The notes: generated by a model not told the origin, from the sequence alone. Numbered from the stretch's first letter, positions 1 through 13,528 are shown. The stretch: DNA of 64,000 bases from Octopus vulgaris (GCA_951406725.2 OX597828.1:33728001-33792000); one strand, 5' to 3'. Program-made: numbers and translations.

Positions 1-750
1 CTCTTCAGGGATGATCAAAACTGAAATAACCAATTACTTTTCCAAGTTTTTCAAGGGGGATGTTTTTTTTTTTTGTTGTAGTTGTTGCTGCTGCTGTTGT
101 TGTTGTTTTTGCTTGATTTATCTTCTTTTGTTTTGTTTTGTTTTGTTTGATTGTTTGTTTTTGTTTTTCTCAGTTCAATTTCCAAAGGAGGAATATTTCT
201 ATTATGAATTACAATTTCCATTATTTTAATTTAATGAAAATTTAAAAATTTATAGAATTGTTTGTAAATTATTTCTCTTGTTGCTGCTGTTGTTGTTGTT
301 GTCAATTTCATTTATGAAGTAAAAAAAAAAAATTCTTTTTAAAAGGATTCCTACAGTCCTAAGCAGTGAAGTACTGTTCAATGGATACAAGTTTGCTTTC
401 TCCTTTTTTTTTTTACTATTTGTATTTATTTTTTTCCTCTTCTTCTCAACGTTAAAAAAAAAATATATATATAAAAATCAGAAAAAAAAAACAGACCCAA
501 AAGAACAATACTCCCCCCCACGCACACACACACACACACACATATACACACAACCTTTGAAATGAAATATGATAACCTTTTCTCCTTCTCTGATATTTTT
601 CAACTCCTTTTTGAAAATTAAATAAAAATGAATTTCAGAGAGAGAAAATGATAATAATTATGATGATGATGATGATGATGATAATAATAATGGTTTTGAA
701 TTTTGCTACAAGAGCAGCAATTTTTGTGGGGAGGGAATGAGTGAGTCACA

Positions 751-1065
751 TTTAGCACCTCAGACTATCATCTCTTCAGCCCCATGAAAGAGGGTCTGAG
801 AGGCAAACATTATTCCAGTGATGAGGAAGTAAAAACTGTAGTGAAGAAGCGGCTAAAAGAAGAGTCAACAGAATTTTACGGGGCAGGGGTACATGCTTTC
901 ATTCGAAGGTGGAACATTGTTACTGAGAGAAATGGTGACTATGTTGAGAAGTAGGGATGTGATCCACAGAGGACTAGTTTCATTTTGCTGTATGATACAC
1001 GTTCCTGTGTTGGTAATTATACCTGTTCTAAATTAAATGGCATTACTTTTTGATTCACCCTCGTA
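751..1065 (+). mobile_element. mariner transposon 3' relic
   Basis: Translates to DYHLFSPMKEGLRGKHYSSDEEVKTVVKKRLKEESTEFYGAGVHAFIRRWNIVTERNGDYVEK* (mariner transposase C-terminus). Ends in a TIR-like ...tttttgattcaccctcgTA. Confidence 0.85.
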
Positions 1066-1409
1066 TATATATTTGTGTGTGTGTCTGTGCTTGTCACCTC
1101 ACCATCACTTGGTATGTTTACGTCCTTGTAACTTAGTGTTCAGCAGAAAAGACCAATAGAATAACTACTAGGCTTACAAAGAATAAGCCCTGGGATCGAT
1201 TTGTTTGGCTAAAGGCGGTACTCCAGCATGGCCGCAGTCAAATGACTGAAGCAAGTAAATGAATAAACAAGATGTGTGTGTGTGTGTGCGTGTGTGAGTG
1301 AGTGTGTGTGACCTATATAGTATATTTATAAACAAGTTTGATATAGCTTTTTCTCCATAGACTGAAAAAGTGATGAACAATATTCAATGATTTTCAAATC
1401 TAATTGGGT

Positions 1410-1733
1410 TCTCATTAGAGAAATAACCTCTCGAAAGAGCTGTTCTTCACTCCTGCTCCAGAGCGTCAGCTGCGGGGTCATTCCGAAAAGCTCTACCTGC
1501 GACGATTTCATCTCAATCGAACGAGAGGGGCTTTCTCTGGCCAGGTTGCGGATCTGTGGAATAAGCTGCCGGACGAGATGGTGAAGATGCCGACGACCGC
1601 TTGGTTCAAAGTCTCCCTTGACCACAAGTGGCCTGAACTCTTTACATAAACACCACCCTGTACATAACTCCATGTCCCCCTACATGGCCTTGCTTTTTGC
1701 TTTTTGAGCCAAAGATTAACTAAACTAAACTAA
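1410..1733 (+). mobile_element. CR1-clade LINE 3' fragment
   Basis: ELFFTPAPERQLRGHSEKLYLRRFHLNRTRGAFSGQVADLWNKLPDEMVKMPTTAWFKVSLDHKW (CR1/L2 ORF2 C-terminus), followed by a 3'UTR and an (AACTA)n tail. Confidence 0.8.
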
Positions 1734-2282
1734 GCAGTCAAACTGTTTATAAACTCAACAATTTCAGCAGCTGCAGGAAACTGAAGCTTCTAATTTGCAT
1801 ATCCCAGTGTCACACAAATGGCACTCTCAGAGTGGTTGGCATTAGGAAGGGCATCCAGCCGTAAAAAACCATGCCAAATCAGACTGGAATCTGGTGAAGC
1901 CTTCCAGCTTGCCAGCCCTGGTCAAACTGTCCAACCCATGCCAGCATGGACAATGGACGATGACAATGATGGTGATGATGATGATGATGATCAAGTATCA
2001 AAACCTTATTTAATATCAGGGGCCTGTCAACAGGGATCTCAGCCCACACAGTATCAGGGGATGATACTATCTATAATAATAAATGCGACCTGGAAAGAGA
2101 GAGAGAGAGGTACAGACATGGCTGTGGGGTCAGAAGTTTGTTTCACAACCACATGGATCCAGGTTCAATCCCACTATGTGGAACCTTGGGTAAGTCCCTT
2201 CAACTATACCCCAGGTTGACCAGAGCCTTGTGAGTGAGTTTGGTAGACAGAACCTGAAAGAAAACCCATTATATATCTCAAA

Positions 2283-2514
2283 GGTGGTGAGCTAGCAGAA
2301 ACATTAGCACACCAGGCAAAATGCGTAGCCGTATTTCGTCTGCCGTTACGTTCTGGGTTCAAATTCCGCCGAGGTCGACTTTGCGCTTCATCCTTTCGAG
2401 GTCGATAAATTAAGTACCAGTTACGCACTGGGGTCGATGTAATCGACTTAATCCGTTTGTCTGTCCTTGTTTGTTCCCTCTGTGTTTAGCCCCCCGTGGG
2501 TAGTAAAGAAATAA
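2283..2514 (+). mobile_element. tRNA-derived SINE, family B (about 230 bp)
   Basis: ggtggtgagctagcagaaac...gttcaaattcc (B box)...cttcatcctttcgaggtcgataaattaagtaccag core. Near-identical to 46028-46257 and 25459-25695. Confidence 0.85.
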
Positions 2515-2532
2515 ATATATCCATATATATAC

Positions 2533-2575
<43 letters not shown>

Positions 2576-3101
2576 AGTGTTTGTCTTTTTGTTTGACACC
2601 CCACCACTCCTTGACGACCTGTGTTGCCATGTTTACATCCCTGTGACTTAGCAGTTCAGCAAAAGATACTGATAGAACAAGTACCAGGCTTATAATATAA
2701 GTACTGGAGTTGATTTGTTTGACTAAACCCTTGAAGGTTGTGCTCCAGCATGGGCACAGCACAATGATTGAAATAAGTAAAAAATAGAAAATATATGTGT
2801 AGACACATGCAAATACTTGTGTGTGTGTGTGTGTATGACTATGTATGTGTGTGTGTGTGTGTAGGTGTGCATCTTTGTGCCTATGTTCGTTCCCCCCCAC
2901 TCCAGTCAACAACCGGTGTTAGTTTGTTTACATCTCCATAACTTGGAAGTTTGCCAAAAAAAAGAACCAACAGAAAAAAATACCAAAATTTTAAAAATTA
3001 ACTCAATTTGCTCGACTAAAACCCTTCGAGGTGGTGCTCCAGCATGGTCGCAGTCCAACAACTAAAAGAAGTAAAAAAACAATAAACAAAAAAGAGATAT
3101 G

Positions 3102-3480
3102 TGTAGCTTGCTAACCAACCACATGGTTCCGGGTTCAGTCCCACTGCGTGGCATCTTGGGCAAGTGTCTTCTGCTATAGCCCCGGGCCGACCAATGCCTT
3201 GTGAGTGGATTTGGTAGACGGAAACTGAAAGAAGCCTGTCGTATATATGTATATATATATGTATGTGTGTGTGTATGTTTGTGTGTCTGTGTTTGTCCCC
3301 CTAGCATTACTTGACAACCGATGCTGGTGTGTTTACGTCCCCGTCACTTAGCGGTTCAGCAAAAGAGACCGATAGAATAAGTACTGGGCTTACAAAGAAT
3401 AAGTCCCGGGGTCGATTTGCTCGACTAAAAGGTGGTGCTCCAGCATGGCCGCAGTCAAATGACTGAAACAAGTAAAAGAG
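3102..3480 (+). mobile_element. tRNA-derived SINE, family A (about 400 bp, internal TA/TG microsatellite)
   Basis: Head ...gggttcagtccc (B box), body gtgagtggatttggtagacggaaactg, tail gctccagcatggccgcagtcaaatgactgaaacaagtaaaagag. Many copies in the window. Confidence 0.85.
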
Positions 3481-3777
3481 AGAGAGAGAGAGAGAGAGTA
3501 ATATAAAACCCAGACACACTATAGAATATTTATTATGTTTTTTTTTGTCTTTTGATTTTTTTCTTGTTTGTCTGGTTCCCCCCTCCTCCATCTCCCACCC
3601 ACCCCCACCAGAATAAATAATGGAGAAACTAAGCAACACGTCAAATGTGTCAACGAGTGTTTAAACTGTAATCTCTCTGCATCTTCCCCGCTGATGTGTC
3701 TTGTCCACAGGAAATATTCAAAATTGTCATGTCAAAAGCTGTCAAGCACTTTTCAGAAAAAAAAAAACCTCAACCTC

Positions 3778-4200
3778 CCGGCAAACCAATGAGACAGCCT
3801 CATAAGTCATATTAAAGACTAGAAATAGCAGCTAATCTCCCCCACACCCCATATCATTCCCAACTATCTTAAAAAGAAAAAGGAAGGACATATTAGATGA
3901 TGTAGCCCTTGACATCATCCCCACTTTTACACCTGCTGTTTCCTTTCTGGTACAGGCAAGCCAATGAGACAGCCTCAACATAATCATATTAAAGGCTAGA
4001 AATAGCAGCTAATCTTCTCTATATCATTTCCAATTGTCTTTAAAAATAATGGGAAGGGTATATTAGATAATGTGTTTTTACATCTGCTGTTTCCTTTCTG
4101 ATATGGGTAAGCCAATGAGACAGCTTCAACATAGTCATATAAAAAGCTAGAAATAACAGCTAATCTTCCCCACATATGTTGTTTCCTTTCTGGTGCGGGT
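3778..4200. repeat. Degenerate tandem repeat, about 150-180 bp unit, about 3 copies
   Basis: ccaatgagacagc...ctagaaat(a)gcagctaatct recurs at about 3787, 3961 and 4112; ctgtttcctttctg recurs at 3936, 4087 and 4180. Confidence 0.7.
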
Positions 4201-4523
4201 TGGAGCAAACCCCTATAGGCAGTGTTCTACAGCTGAATGCTCGTTATCGGAATCAGCCTCCTTGATTGTTCCAGAACTGTGGAGCATAAGATTTATGCAG
4301 GACAGAAATAAACGTTACTGTTGCCCAAATAGTATCATCATCATCATCATCATCATCATCGTTTAGCGTCCTCTGTCCATGCTAGCATGGGCTGGACGAT
4401 TCAACTGGGGTCTGGGAAGCCAGAAGGCTGCACCAGGCCCAGTATGATCTGGCAAGGTTTCTACGGCTGGATGCCCTTCCTAATGCCAACCAATGTAAAA
4501 ACACAGAGATAAGCACACACACA

Positions 4524-4575
<52 letters not shown>

Positions 4576-5520
4576 CATACATACATACATACATGCATAC
4601 ATACACACACACATACACGTATCGTCATTGTTTTAGCAATCGCTTTTCCATGCATGTATGGGTCAGACGGATTTTATTGAGGCAGATTTTCTATGGCCAG
4701 GTGCCTTCCCTGTTGCTAACACCTGTTTTCAAGCAAGGGGATATTTCTCCCAGCCAGACATGTTTTTAAAGAAGACTGCAAATGAATGAGACTGCTTGTT
4801 TGACAATGACACTCATTTACAACCATCACACAATGTTAACACAAAGAAATACACACATACATAAATAAATACATATATGACGGGTTTCTTTCTGTTTCCG
4901 TCTACTAAATCCACTCACAAAGCTTTGGTCAGCCCTTGGCTATGGTAGAAGACACTTTCCCAAGGTGTCATGCAGTGGGACCAAACCCGAAACCATGTGA
5001 CTGGGAAACAAACTTCTTACCACACAGCCACGCCTGTGCCCCTATTAAAGAAGGAGCATTTTAAACATCAAGCACTGCAAGAAACATTCAGTCAAAAGCG
5101 TCTGGAAGCAAAGTCCTATTCCAAGTTGAAACCAGTTCGCATCACTCATCACTTGCACCAATAATATTCTTGAGAAATGCGTCAATGCCATACAGTCATC
5201 TCATTCCTTACCACGACCATGACTTCTAAGGAGAACCTCTACAGTAATGGTTCTCAACCAAGATCTGTATGACCCCATCCCCTTCGGGACCATATAAGAT
5301 TTTGGGGGGTCTATACAAGCAAAATAGTACATTGGGTTTGTGGTAGTATCTTAAGGGTCTGTGATAAAATTTTGTGTTAGATGTATTTGTTGCAAGGACC
5401 AGTTAGGTTTCTTTATTTAACATTTTACACAGGGAATGTGTGAAAAACAAAATGGGAATTTTGAAAGAAGTTTCTATAAAATTAGTTTTTAAATATCAAA
5501 ATAGGTAATGGGGCTCCAAA

Positions 5521-5825
5521 AAGGGGTCGCAGGGAGTAGTGTCCCTGCCTTCCTGAGCTAGTTTTCTACTACATTTCTTAAAAATTGTGGTAGAGGCATT
5601 GATCTAGGGACCACTCATGTCTAGAAACTGAGGTTGGGGGTAAGCAAGGGCATGCTCCCCGTAGAAAATCCAGCTCCAAAAAAGCCTCATGATAGCAAAG
5701 GAGAATGGGCACCAGCCTGCCAGCCCAAAGGTTGGGGTGGGCTGCACCTGCCTATCTCGGTTGCTATGGCATTGAGGTAGATCTGGCCAACCTTGTTAAT
5801 GAGGACAAAACCTGGATTTAAAACA

Positions 5826-5857
<32 letters not shown>
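5521..5857 (+). mobile_element. Retroposon, family E, with (GAT)n tail, inside a hAT-like MITE (about 5243-5932)
   Basis: Same sequence lies inverted at about 55147-55505, where it is split by a family-B piece. Flanks ggttctcaacc / ttgagaactg resemble hAT MITE TIRs. Confidence 0.65.
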
Positions 5858-6566
5858 AATGGCTTTGGGGTTCCACCAGAATAAAATAGTAAGCAAAGGG
5901 ATTCATAAATTAAAAATGATTGAGAACTGCTATAGGCTAATGTGAACTGCTGAAGATAGCAGTTAAATTTTCCTCAAATAACACTACTTTCACCATTGTA
6001 GAAAATGGTTAAAACAATAGTAGAGATATAAACTATATCTAAAAAGACTGGTTGGCTATGGATGGAATGTCTTTGACCATAGTTCTGTTCAACCAGATCT
6101 GATCTCATGCTAAGCATCAACAACATAAATTTAATCAACATTCTTCAGTATAGAAACTTCAATTAAAATCTACACATTCATTATCATAATTAACATTTCA
6201 GATCCAACAACAAAGATATGCAAAACTATTCCTTGTGGTATTTAGATAATCCATTTACACTAAACCTCTACTCATCCATCATACAAAACCCACCACACAC
6301 ACCATTTTATACTTCCCCACCTATTCCCACTCCACCTCTGAGTCAGTGAGGGAAGCCCCTTTTTATGGTCATGTGATCAACTAGAAACAGCAGCCAATAG
6401 TGTAATGGAAATATATTCATATGCATGTAACTATGGCTACATAAAAATGCAATTTTTTCTCATTGGTGAGAATATTAGTCAGGAGAGGTGGGCGTGGGTA
6501 GATTTGAAACAGATGCAGGCATGACTGTGGGGTTAAGAAACTCACTTTGCAACCATCTGCTTTCTG

Positions 6567-6978
6567 CCAGCTTGCCGCCTTTAGCAATGTTTATATAATC
6601 CTTTCTTTTATAGACACAGAGCCTGAAATTTGGGGGGAGGGAGGAGTCGATTACATCAACTCCAGTATCCAACTGGTACTTAATTTATCGACCCTGAAAG
6701 AATGAAAGGTAACGTCAACCTCAGTGGAATTTGAACTCAGAATATAAGGACAGATGAAATACCTATTTCTTTACTACCCACAAGGGGCTAAACACAGAGA
6801 GGACAAACCAGGACAGACAAACGGATTAAGTCGATTATATCGACCCCAGTGCGTAAATGGTACTTAATTTATCGACCCTGAAAGGATGAAAGGCAAAGTC
6901 GACTTCGGCGGAATTTGAACTCAGAACGTAGCAGCAGACGAAATATCGCTAAGCATTTTGCCCAGCGTGTTAACGATT
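6567..6978 (-). mobile_element. Two adjacent family-B SINE copies
   Basis: Reverse-complement matches to family B (atcgaccctgaaaggatgaaaggcaaagtcgac...gaatttgaactcag), twice. Confidence 0.8.
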
Positions 6979-7386
6979 TAGCCATGCTGAAAGGGGAATG
7001 GATAAAGCATGGATTTACAAATCAAATTTAGTCTACTTATTTTTGTTTGTTTGTTTTCTTGTTGTTGTTTTTTTTTTGCATCACATGATGCAACTAAAAG
7101 CAACATTGAGACCCAATGGGAAGCATCTGTTACATGATCAATAAGCTTGCTAGAAATAGCAGTCAAATCTCCCTTGATCTTCTACCTGTTGTTTTAGAAA
7201 ATGGCACACTGGATAATACAGCCCTAGGTCTCTTGCATATAGGAAAAAGAAGAAAAAAACTAACTGGAATGCCTTTGATCATAGCTCTGTTCAATCATGC
7301 CTGACCTCTTAGTGAAACAACATGAAAATTAATAATAACTGGGACAGACTTTAGATTAAGAACTGCATGGATACAGCTTCTCCCTA

Positions 7387-7467
<81 letters not shown>

Positions 7468-7729
7468 TTTTATCCTTCGAAACTTAGAGTAGATGAAACC
7501 TTTAGCGACTGAAGAAGGGGTTTTTTTCTTTGTGTTAATTGTCCTGTACTCTATTTTTTTGCTGTTTTTAAATAAATGTCCAGTTCCTTTGGTTTGTGTC
7601 TATGTTTTCGTTTCTCATTTTGTTCGACGTCCTTTTGGTGTCCTGTACTCATATATGCGTGTATATGTACATGTAGAGGTAGGTACATACATATATGTTT
7701 ATATATATGCACATGTTTTATTTTATTTA

Positions 7730-7770
<41 letters not shown>

Positions 7771-9007
7771 TTCTTTTCCATTCATAGTCACTATAATTAT
7801 AACATGGGAGCTTCTATATGGTCATTCCACTTGCTGAATATAACAGTAAAAACTCTTCCAAATCACTTTAATATAACATATAAACAACTGCAAGCAGTAT
7901 AGCGTAACAGCATTTTAAACAACCCTTTGTAATTTTCCATTCATAAAAAAAACAACTGACTTGGCTAAACTGCATCTTAAAATCAAATTTAGACAAAGCC
8001 CACGATGACACTCAACTCATTTATAGAATCTGTCGAAGTTCTGCCTTCATTGATTAAAAAACTCTTTCAATACCAACCCGCCAGAGACCCGCCTCAGGTT
8101 CCCTGAAATGAAACTTCCTTTCCAAAGTGTTCATACTTAAATTAAAATCCTTCAATATTAACACCAGCTTAATAATGGCAAAATGAGTTACTTCAGCTAA
8201 ATCCCATTCTGGTTCATGCTCCAAATTCCTGATTATTTTCAAAAATTAATTGAAACATGTAGGCAGCCTGTTTCATTTGAAATATGGTCTCAAAAGGGTT
8301 AACTTTCAACAAGCAGCAACCAATATTTGCAATAGCGAAGAAATTTAAAACACACAGCAAGTGAGGGAGCTCCTGTATGGATATTCAAACTGCTAGAAAT
8401 AGCAACCATATTTTCCTCAAATTACATTCTACTGACTTAAAAACTGAAGGACACTTTGGATAATGTAATCTAAAAAAAACAAGAAACTGAACTGAATAAA
8501 GTCAGAAAGATTTTGATCATAGATTAATTCATTTAGGGGTCAGCCTAGGGATATATACAACAGGCATGGCACCTTGGGCAAGTATCTTCTACAATGGTCC
8601 TGAGCCAACCAAAGCCTTGTGTGTAGATTTGGTAGACAGAAACTGGAAGAGGCTTCCCACATGTGTGTGTCCTTTACTGTAGATGTGTGTGCATGTGTAT
8701 GTGTCTGTCTGTCAGTGTTTGTTACCCCAGTATTGGTTCATTTATATCTCTGTAACTAAGTGATTTAGCAAATGAGACTGATACTTCAAGTGCAAAACTT
8801 AAAAGAAACAGAAAAACCAAAGTCAATTTGTTTGACTAAAAATCCTTCAATGGTGTGCCCCAGCACGGCCATAGCCCAATGACTGAACCAAGTAAAAGAT
8901 AAAGGATATCAATTAACATTGTCAGTTCCCTAGCTTGCAGTATTTGCCATTCAGAGAGAGTAAGGATACATAAACAACAACATCACTATAAAACTGAAAA
9001 CACTCAC

Positions 9008-9100
9008 TTTTTGGTCTCTTAATATCCGCAACTGCAGACTCACAGTCAAGTGTTGATTCTTGAAGATGAGTGTGAACATTCCACCTCACAACAGTAGAAC
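9008..9100 (-). CDS. LRRK1: Next coding exon of the same LRRK/Roco-like gene (93 nt, phase 1-1)
   Basis: Acceptor ttattatttaatttag and donor AAAA|gtgagt. Only one frame is open: (G)STVVRWNVHTHLQESTLDCESAVADIKRPK. It joins in phase with the 27088 donor to give YPGSTVVRWNV...LDC, like the LRRK motif YPGCVVYQWD...LDC. Confidence 0.7.
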
Positions 9101-9716
9101 CTAAATTAAATAATAAAATAAGATAAAATAAGCCTTTTAAAAAACAAAACAAAAAATAATTTTTAAAAAACCACATTTACAAATTTTTAAAAATATTTTT
9201 GCAGGATTAAAAAAATCTTTCTAAATTAAAAAAAAAAAATATGCAGTTTGAAGGGTGAAACTGAAAGGAATAAAACTGCAAAGAAATCTATCATTTTAGA
9301 ATGCTCAACCAACAGGAAAAATGCACCACTAACACCACCATCCATACCACTACCACCAACTGTACTCTCCTGATTTGATGTTTTGCTGATAGAATTGAAA
9401 TTCTAAAATGTCATATATAATGCTTTTCTACCATTATAAGCGGCTATTCATCTCATCTGTCTGTCTACATACTTATAATCTTTACTTCATACTTATGATC
9501 TTTACTTCTTAAATCATATAATATGTTAGCGTATCATTTAGTCACAAGTGTGGTTGCGTGATAAGGAGCTTGCTTCCCAATTACATGGTTCCAGGTTCAG
9601 TCCCAATGGACAAGTGTCTTCTACTATAGTCTCAGGCTGATAAAAGCCTTCTGAGTGGATATGATTTGATAGACAGAAACTGAAAGAAGCCCATCATATA
9701 TATATGTATGTGTGTG

Positions 9717-9771
<55 letters not shown>

Positions 9772-10152
9772 TGGAAGCACTCCGTCGGTTATGACGACAA
9801 GGGTTCCGGTTGATCCGATCAACGGAACAGCCTGCTCATGAAATTAACGTGCAAGTGGCTGAGCACTCCACAGACACGTGTACCCTTAAGGCAGTTCTTG
9901 GGGATATTCAGCATGACACAGAGAGTGACAAGGCCGGCCCTTTGAAATACAGGTACAACAGAAACAGGAAGTAAGAGTGAGAGAAAGTTGTGGTGAAAGA
10001 GTACAGCAGGGATCACCACCATCCCTGCCGGAGCCTCGTGGAGTTTTAGGTGTTTTCGCTCAATAAACACTCACAACGCCCAGTCTGGGAATCGAAACCG
10101 CGATCCTACGACCGCGAGTCCGCTGCCCTAACCACTGGGCCATTGCGCCTCC
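9772..10152 (-). mobile_element. tRNA-derived SINE, family C, inserted in (TA)n
   Basis: Head ggaggcgcaatggcccagtggttagggc (A box)...ggtttcgattccc (B box). Near-identical to 12217-12594. Confidence 0.85.
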
Positions 10153-10524
10153 ATATATATATATATATATTTATGTATATATATATGGAAATAATTTTAT
10201 TCTCAAATGCAGGATAATGCTAATTATATTGTACACACAGGATAAACTACCCACATTTTGCAGAAAAATCTGTCGCCGGCCGGCCAGCCATAAATGTGTG
10301 TGTGTATGTCTTTATGCCTGTTTGCTCACACCATCACTGCTTGACAACCGGTGTTGGTGTGTTTGCATTCCCATAACTTAAAAGAGAGTAAAAGAGAGCA
10401 ACGGAGTATCAAGCTTAAAAAAATAAGCCCTGGGATCAGTTCATTCAACTAAAAATTTTAATCGGTGCCCCGGCAAAATGACTGAGACAAGTATATATAT
10501 ATATATATATTTGTTTATTCATTT

Positions 10525-10863
10525 ACTCTTTTATTTGTTTCAGTCATTTGACTGCAACCCAGGACTTATTCTTTGTAAACCTTGTACTTATTCTATCGGT
10601 CTCTTTTGCCAAACCACTAAGTTACATAAACATAAACACACCAACATCAGTTGTCAAGCGATGGCAGGGGGACAAACACAGACACACAAATATATACATA
10701 TATATATATATATGACAGGCTTCTTTCAGTTTCCGTCTACATAATCCACTGACAAGGCTTTGGTCAGCCTGAGGCTATAATAAGAAGACACCTGCCCAAG
10801 GTGCCATGCAGTGGAACTGAACCCGGAGCCAAGTTTCTTACCACACAGCTACTCCTGCACCTA
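10525..10863 (-). mobile_element. SINE family A copy
   Basis: Reverse-complement match to 3102-3480. Confidence 0.8.
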
Positions 10864-11189
10864 TATATATATATGCGTGTGGATTAGTGGTTAGGGTATT
10901 CGGCTCACGATCATAAAGTCATGAGTTCAATTCCCAGCATGTCCTTGAGCAGGACACTTTATTTCACGTTGCCCCAGTTCACTCAGCTGACAAGAAAAGA
11001 GTAGTACCTGTATTTCAAAGGGGCAGCCTTGTCACACTTTGTGTCATGCTGAATCTACCTGAAAACAACATTAATGATACACGTGTCTGTGGATTGCTCA
11101 GCCACTTGCACGTTAATTCCACAAGCAAGCTGTTCCATTGATCAGAGATCCATTTAAACCCTCATAGTCATAACCAATCAAGTGCCAGT

Positions 11190-11229
<40 letters not shown>

Positions 11230-11312
11230 TATATATACATATATATACTAGCAGTAAAACCTGTAGTTGATCAGGTAATTGCTTTTACAGTTTATCTGGA
11301 GCCACATTGAAT

Positions 11313-11472
11313 GTGGCTGTGTGGTAAGTAGCTTGCTAACCAACCACATGGTTCTGGGTTCAGTCCCACTGCGTGGCATCTTGGGCAAGTGTCTTCTGCT
11401 ATAGCCTCGGGCCGACCAAAGCCTTGTGAGTGGATTTGGTAGACGGAAACTGAAAGAAGCCTGTCGTATATA

Positions 11473-11515
<43 letters not shown>

Positions 11516-11730
11516 GTGTCTGTGTTTGTCCCTCTAGCATTGCTTGACAACCGATGCTGGTGTGTTTATGTCCCCGTCACTTAGCGGTTCGACAAAAAAG
11601 CGACCGATAGAATAAGTACTGGGCTTACAAAGAATAAGTCCCGGGGTCGATCTGCTCGACTAAAGGCGGTGCCCCAGCATGGCCGCAGTCAAATGACTGA
11701 AACAAGTAAAAGAGTAAAAGAGTAAAGAGT
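11313..11730 (+). mobile_element. SINE family A, near full length
   Basis: gtggctgtgtggtaag (A box)...gggttcagtccc (B box)...(gtaaaaga)n tail. Confidence 0.9.
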
Positions 11731-12216
11731 ATATAATTTACTCCTCCTGTATGTGTGCATTTTTAGAAGAGAAAACTATGTAATAATCGAAGTAGATGAA
11801 AGATCAATATCATTCTTCGTTGGCTATTGGTTGGCTGTCTGCTTGCAGTTTCTTGTGATGTTTCTTGCATACGACGTGATGCTTTTCAAAGACAATCAGC
11901 TGCAAGTCATGCATGTCTTTCGTCTTCATTTTCTGCTGCAGGTCAAACCTGCCATTCTTTGTTTGCCGCCTGCAAATCATGCATTTTGTTGATGTTCAGC
12001 TTCAGATGCATGCTGAGCTTCCTTTCTTTGTTGCTGATCTGCAAGCCATGCGCATGTCTCATCGACGTTTTCTGATGCACGTCGTGCATTTGTTTGGTGT
12101 GATAGTCTTTTTTTTTATGAGACTTTTTTTGATAATAAATATCAGTAAGTTATAGTGAAACGAAATTCGGACACCATGTTACAGTAATGCAAGGAAAATA
12201 GGTATATTATATGGAT

Positions 12217-12594
12217 GGAAGCACTCCGTCGGTTACGACGATGAGGGTTCCGGTTGATCCGAATCAACGGAACAGCCTGCTCGTGAATTTAATGTGTAAG
12301 TGGCTGAGCACTCCACAGACATGTGCACCCTTAACGTAGTTCTCGGGGATATTCAGCGTGACACAGAGAGTGACAAGGCCAGCCCCTTGAAATACAGGTA
12401 CAACAGAAACAGGAAGTAAGAGTGAGAGAAAGTTGTGGTGAAAGAGTACAGCAGGGATCACCACCATCCCCTGCCTCGTGGAGCTTTTAGGTGTTTTCGC
12501 TCAATAAATACTCACAACGCCCGGTCTGGGAATCGAAACCGCGATCCTATGACCGCGAGTCCATTGCCCTAACCACTGGGCCATTGTGCCTCCA
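12217..12594 (-). mobile_element. SINE family C with a 12-bp TSD
   Basis: Matches 9772-10152. Flanked by ggtatattatat at 12201-12212 and 12597-12608. Confidence 0.9.
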
Positions 12595-13463
12595 CTGGTA
12601 TATTATATAGAAGAATAGCTTAAGGGAATAAGAAATGTTTTTGATAAGGAATATCAGAAAACTGTAGTGAAACGAAAGTACAAATGATGTGTGAATATGA
12701 ATAAGTAATAGTGAAATGAATTTACAAATGCTGAATGGTGTCAGTGTTTTTGCTGAAATTCCGACGCTATGTTACAGGAATGCAGGGCAAGGCATTGTGT
12801 GGTTGTCTTTTTGTTGGTGCGTTGATGATTTTCGTTTCGCTGTGAATTTGTGTCTGTGTGTGTATGGCTTCACTGTCAGATTGCCTCTGATTATGTGAAA
12901 GAAATCTGTATATTTATATCTGAACAGAGAAGTTAGAAAAATAGGGATATCTGAAGCATGAATGGTTATACATGTGTGTGTGAGTGTGTGTGTGTGTGTG
13001 AGTGTGTATGCGTGTGTGTGTGTATGTATGTATGTGTGTGCACGCGTGCATGTATGTGTGTGTTTTTAGAGAGAGAGAGAGAGAGTAACAGACAGATAAA
13101 ATAATAGTGGTGCCATTTCTTTAGAGTTCAGCTCTGCTGGTGAAAGTGGACAAAACACCCACTCTTATAATTTTCTTTCTTTTCACCTTTTACTTGCTTC
13201 AGTCATTAGATTGTGGCCATGCTGGGGCACCGTCTTGAAGGATTTTTAGCTGGACATATTGCCCCCAGAATGTTTTGATTATTTTGTGGCAGTCATTAGA
13301 GAGAGAAACAGAGAGAGAGAGAGAGAGAGAGATTGATTGTGTTTAATTGTGCAGAACAGACCATAAATGAATAAATATGTATGGTGTGGTGGTTATCATT
13401 GTCTTGAACGCTGACCAGTCTTGCCACAGGACAATTTCCCGCCAAATACTAAGACAGAAAGAA

Positions 13464-13528
<65 letters not shown>

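Larger units (their letters stand above)
11248..12930 (-). mobile_element. Helitron relic with STPR-like repeat region, interrupted by SINE A and SINE C
   Basis: 3' end: hairpin ACCTG-N8-CAGGT (11259-11276) just before CTAG|T (11248-11251). 11820-12110 encodes decayed 23-aa repeats (SENVDETCAWLADQQQRKEAQHA / SEAEHQQNA*FAGGKQRMAGL.A / AENEDERHA*LAADCL*KASRRM). The 5' boundary is uncertain. Confidence 0.65.

Noticed and set aside
3650-3738. Possible terminal exon of the LRRK-like gene (TFDMTILNISCGQDTSAGKMQRDYSLNTR*), phase-compatible
   Set aside because: Weak acceptor context and no similarity to the WD40 blades expected to follow.
10080-10152. tRNA-like sequences at SINE heads
   Set aside because: Poor acceptor and T stems, and each continues into a shared SINE body; not functional tRNA genes.
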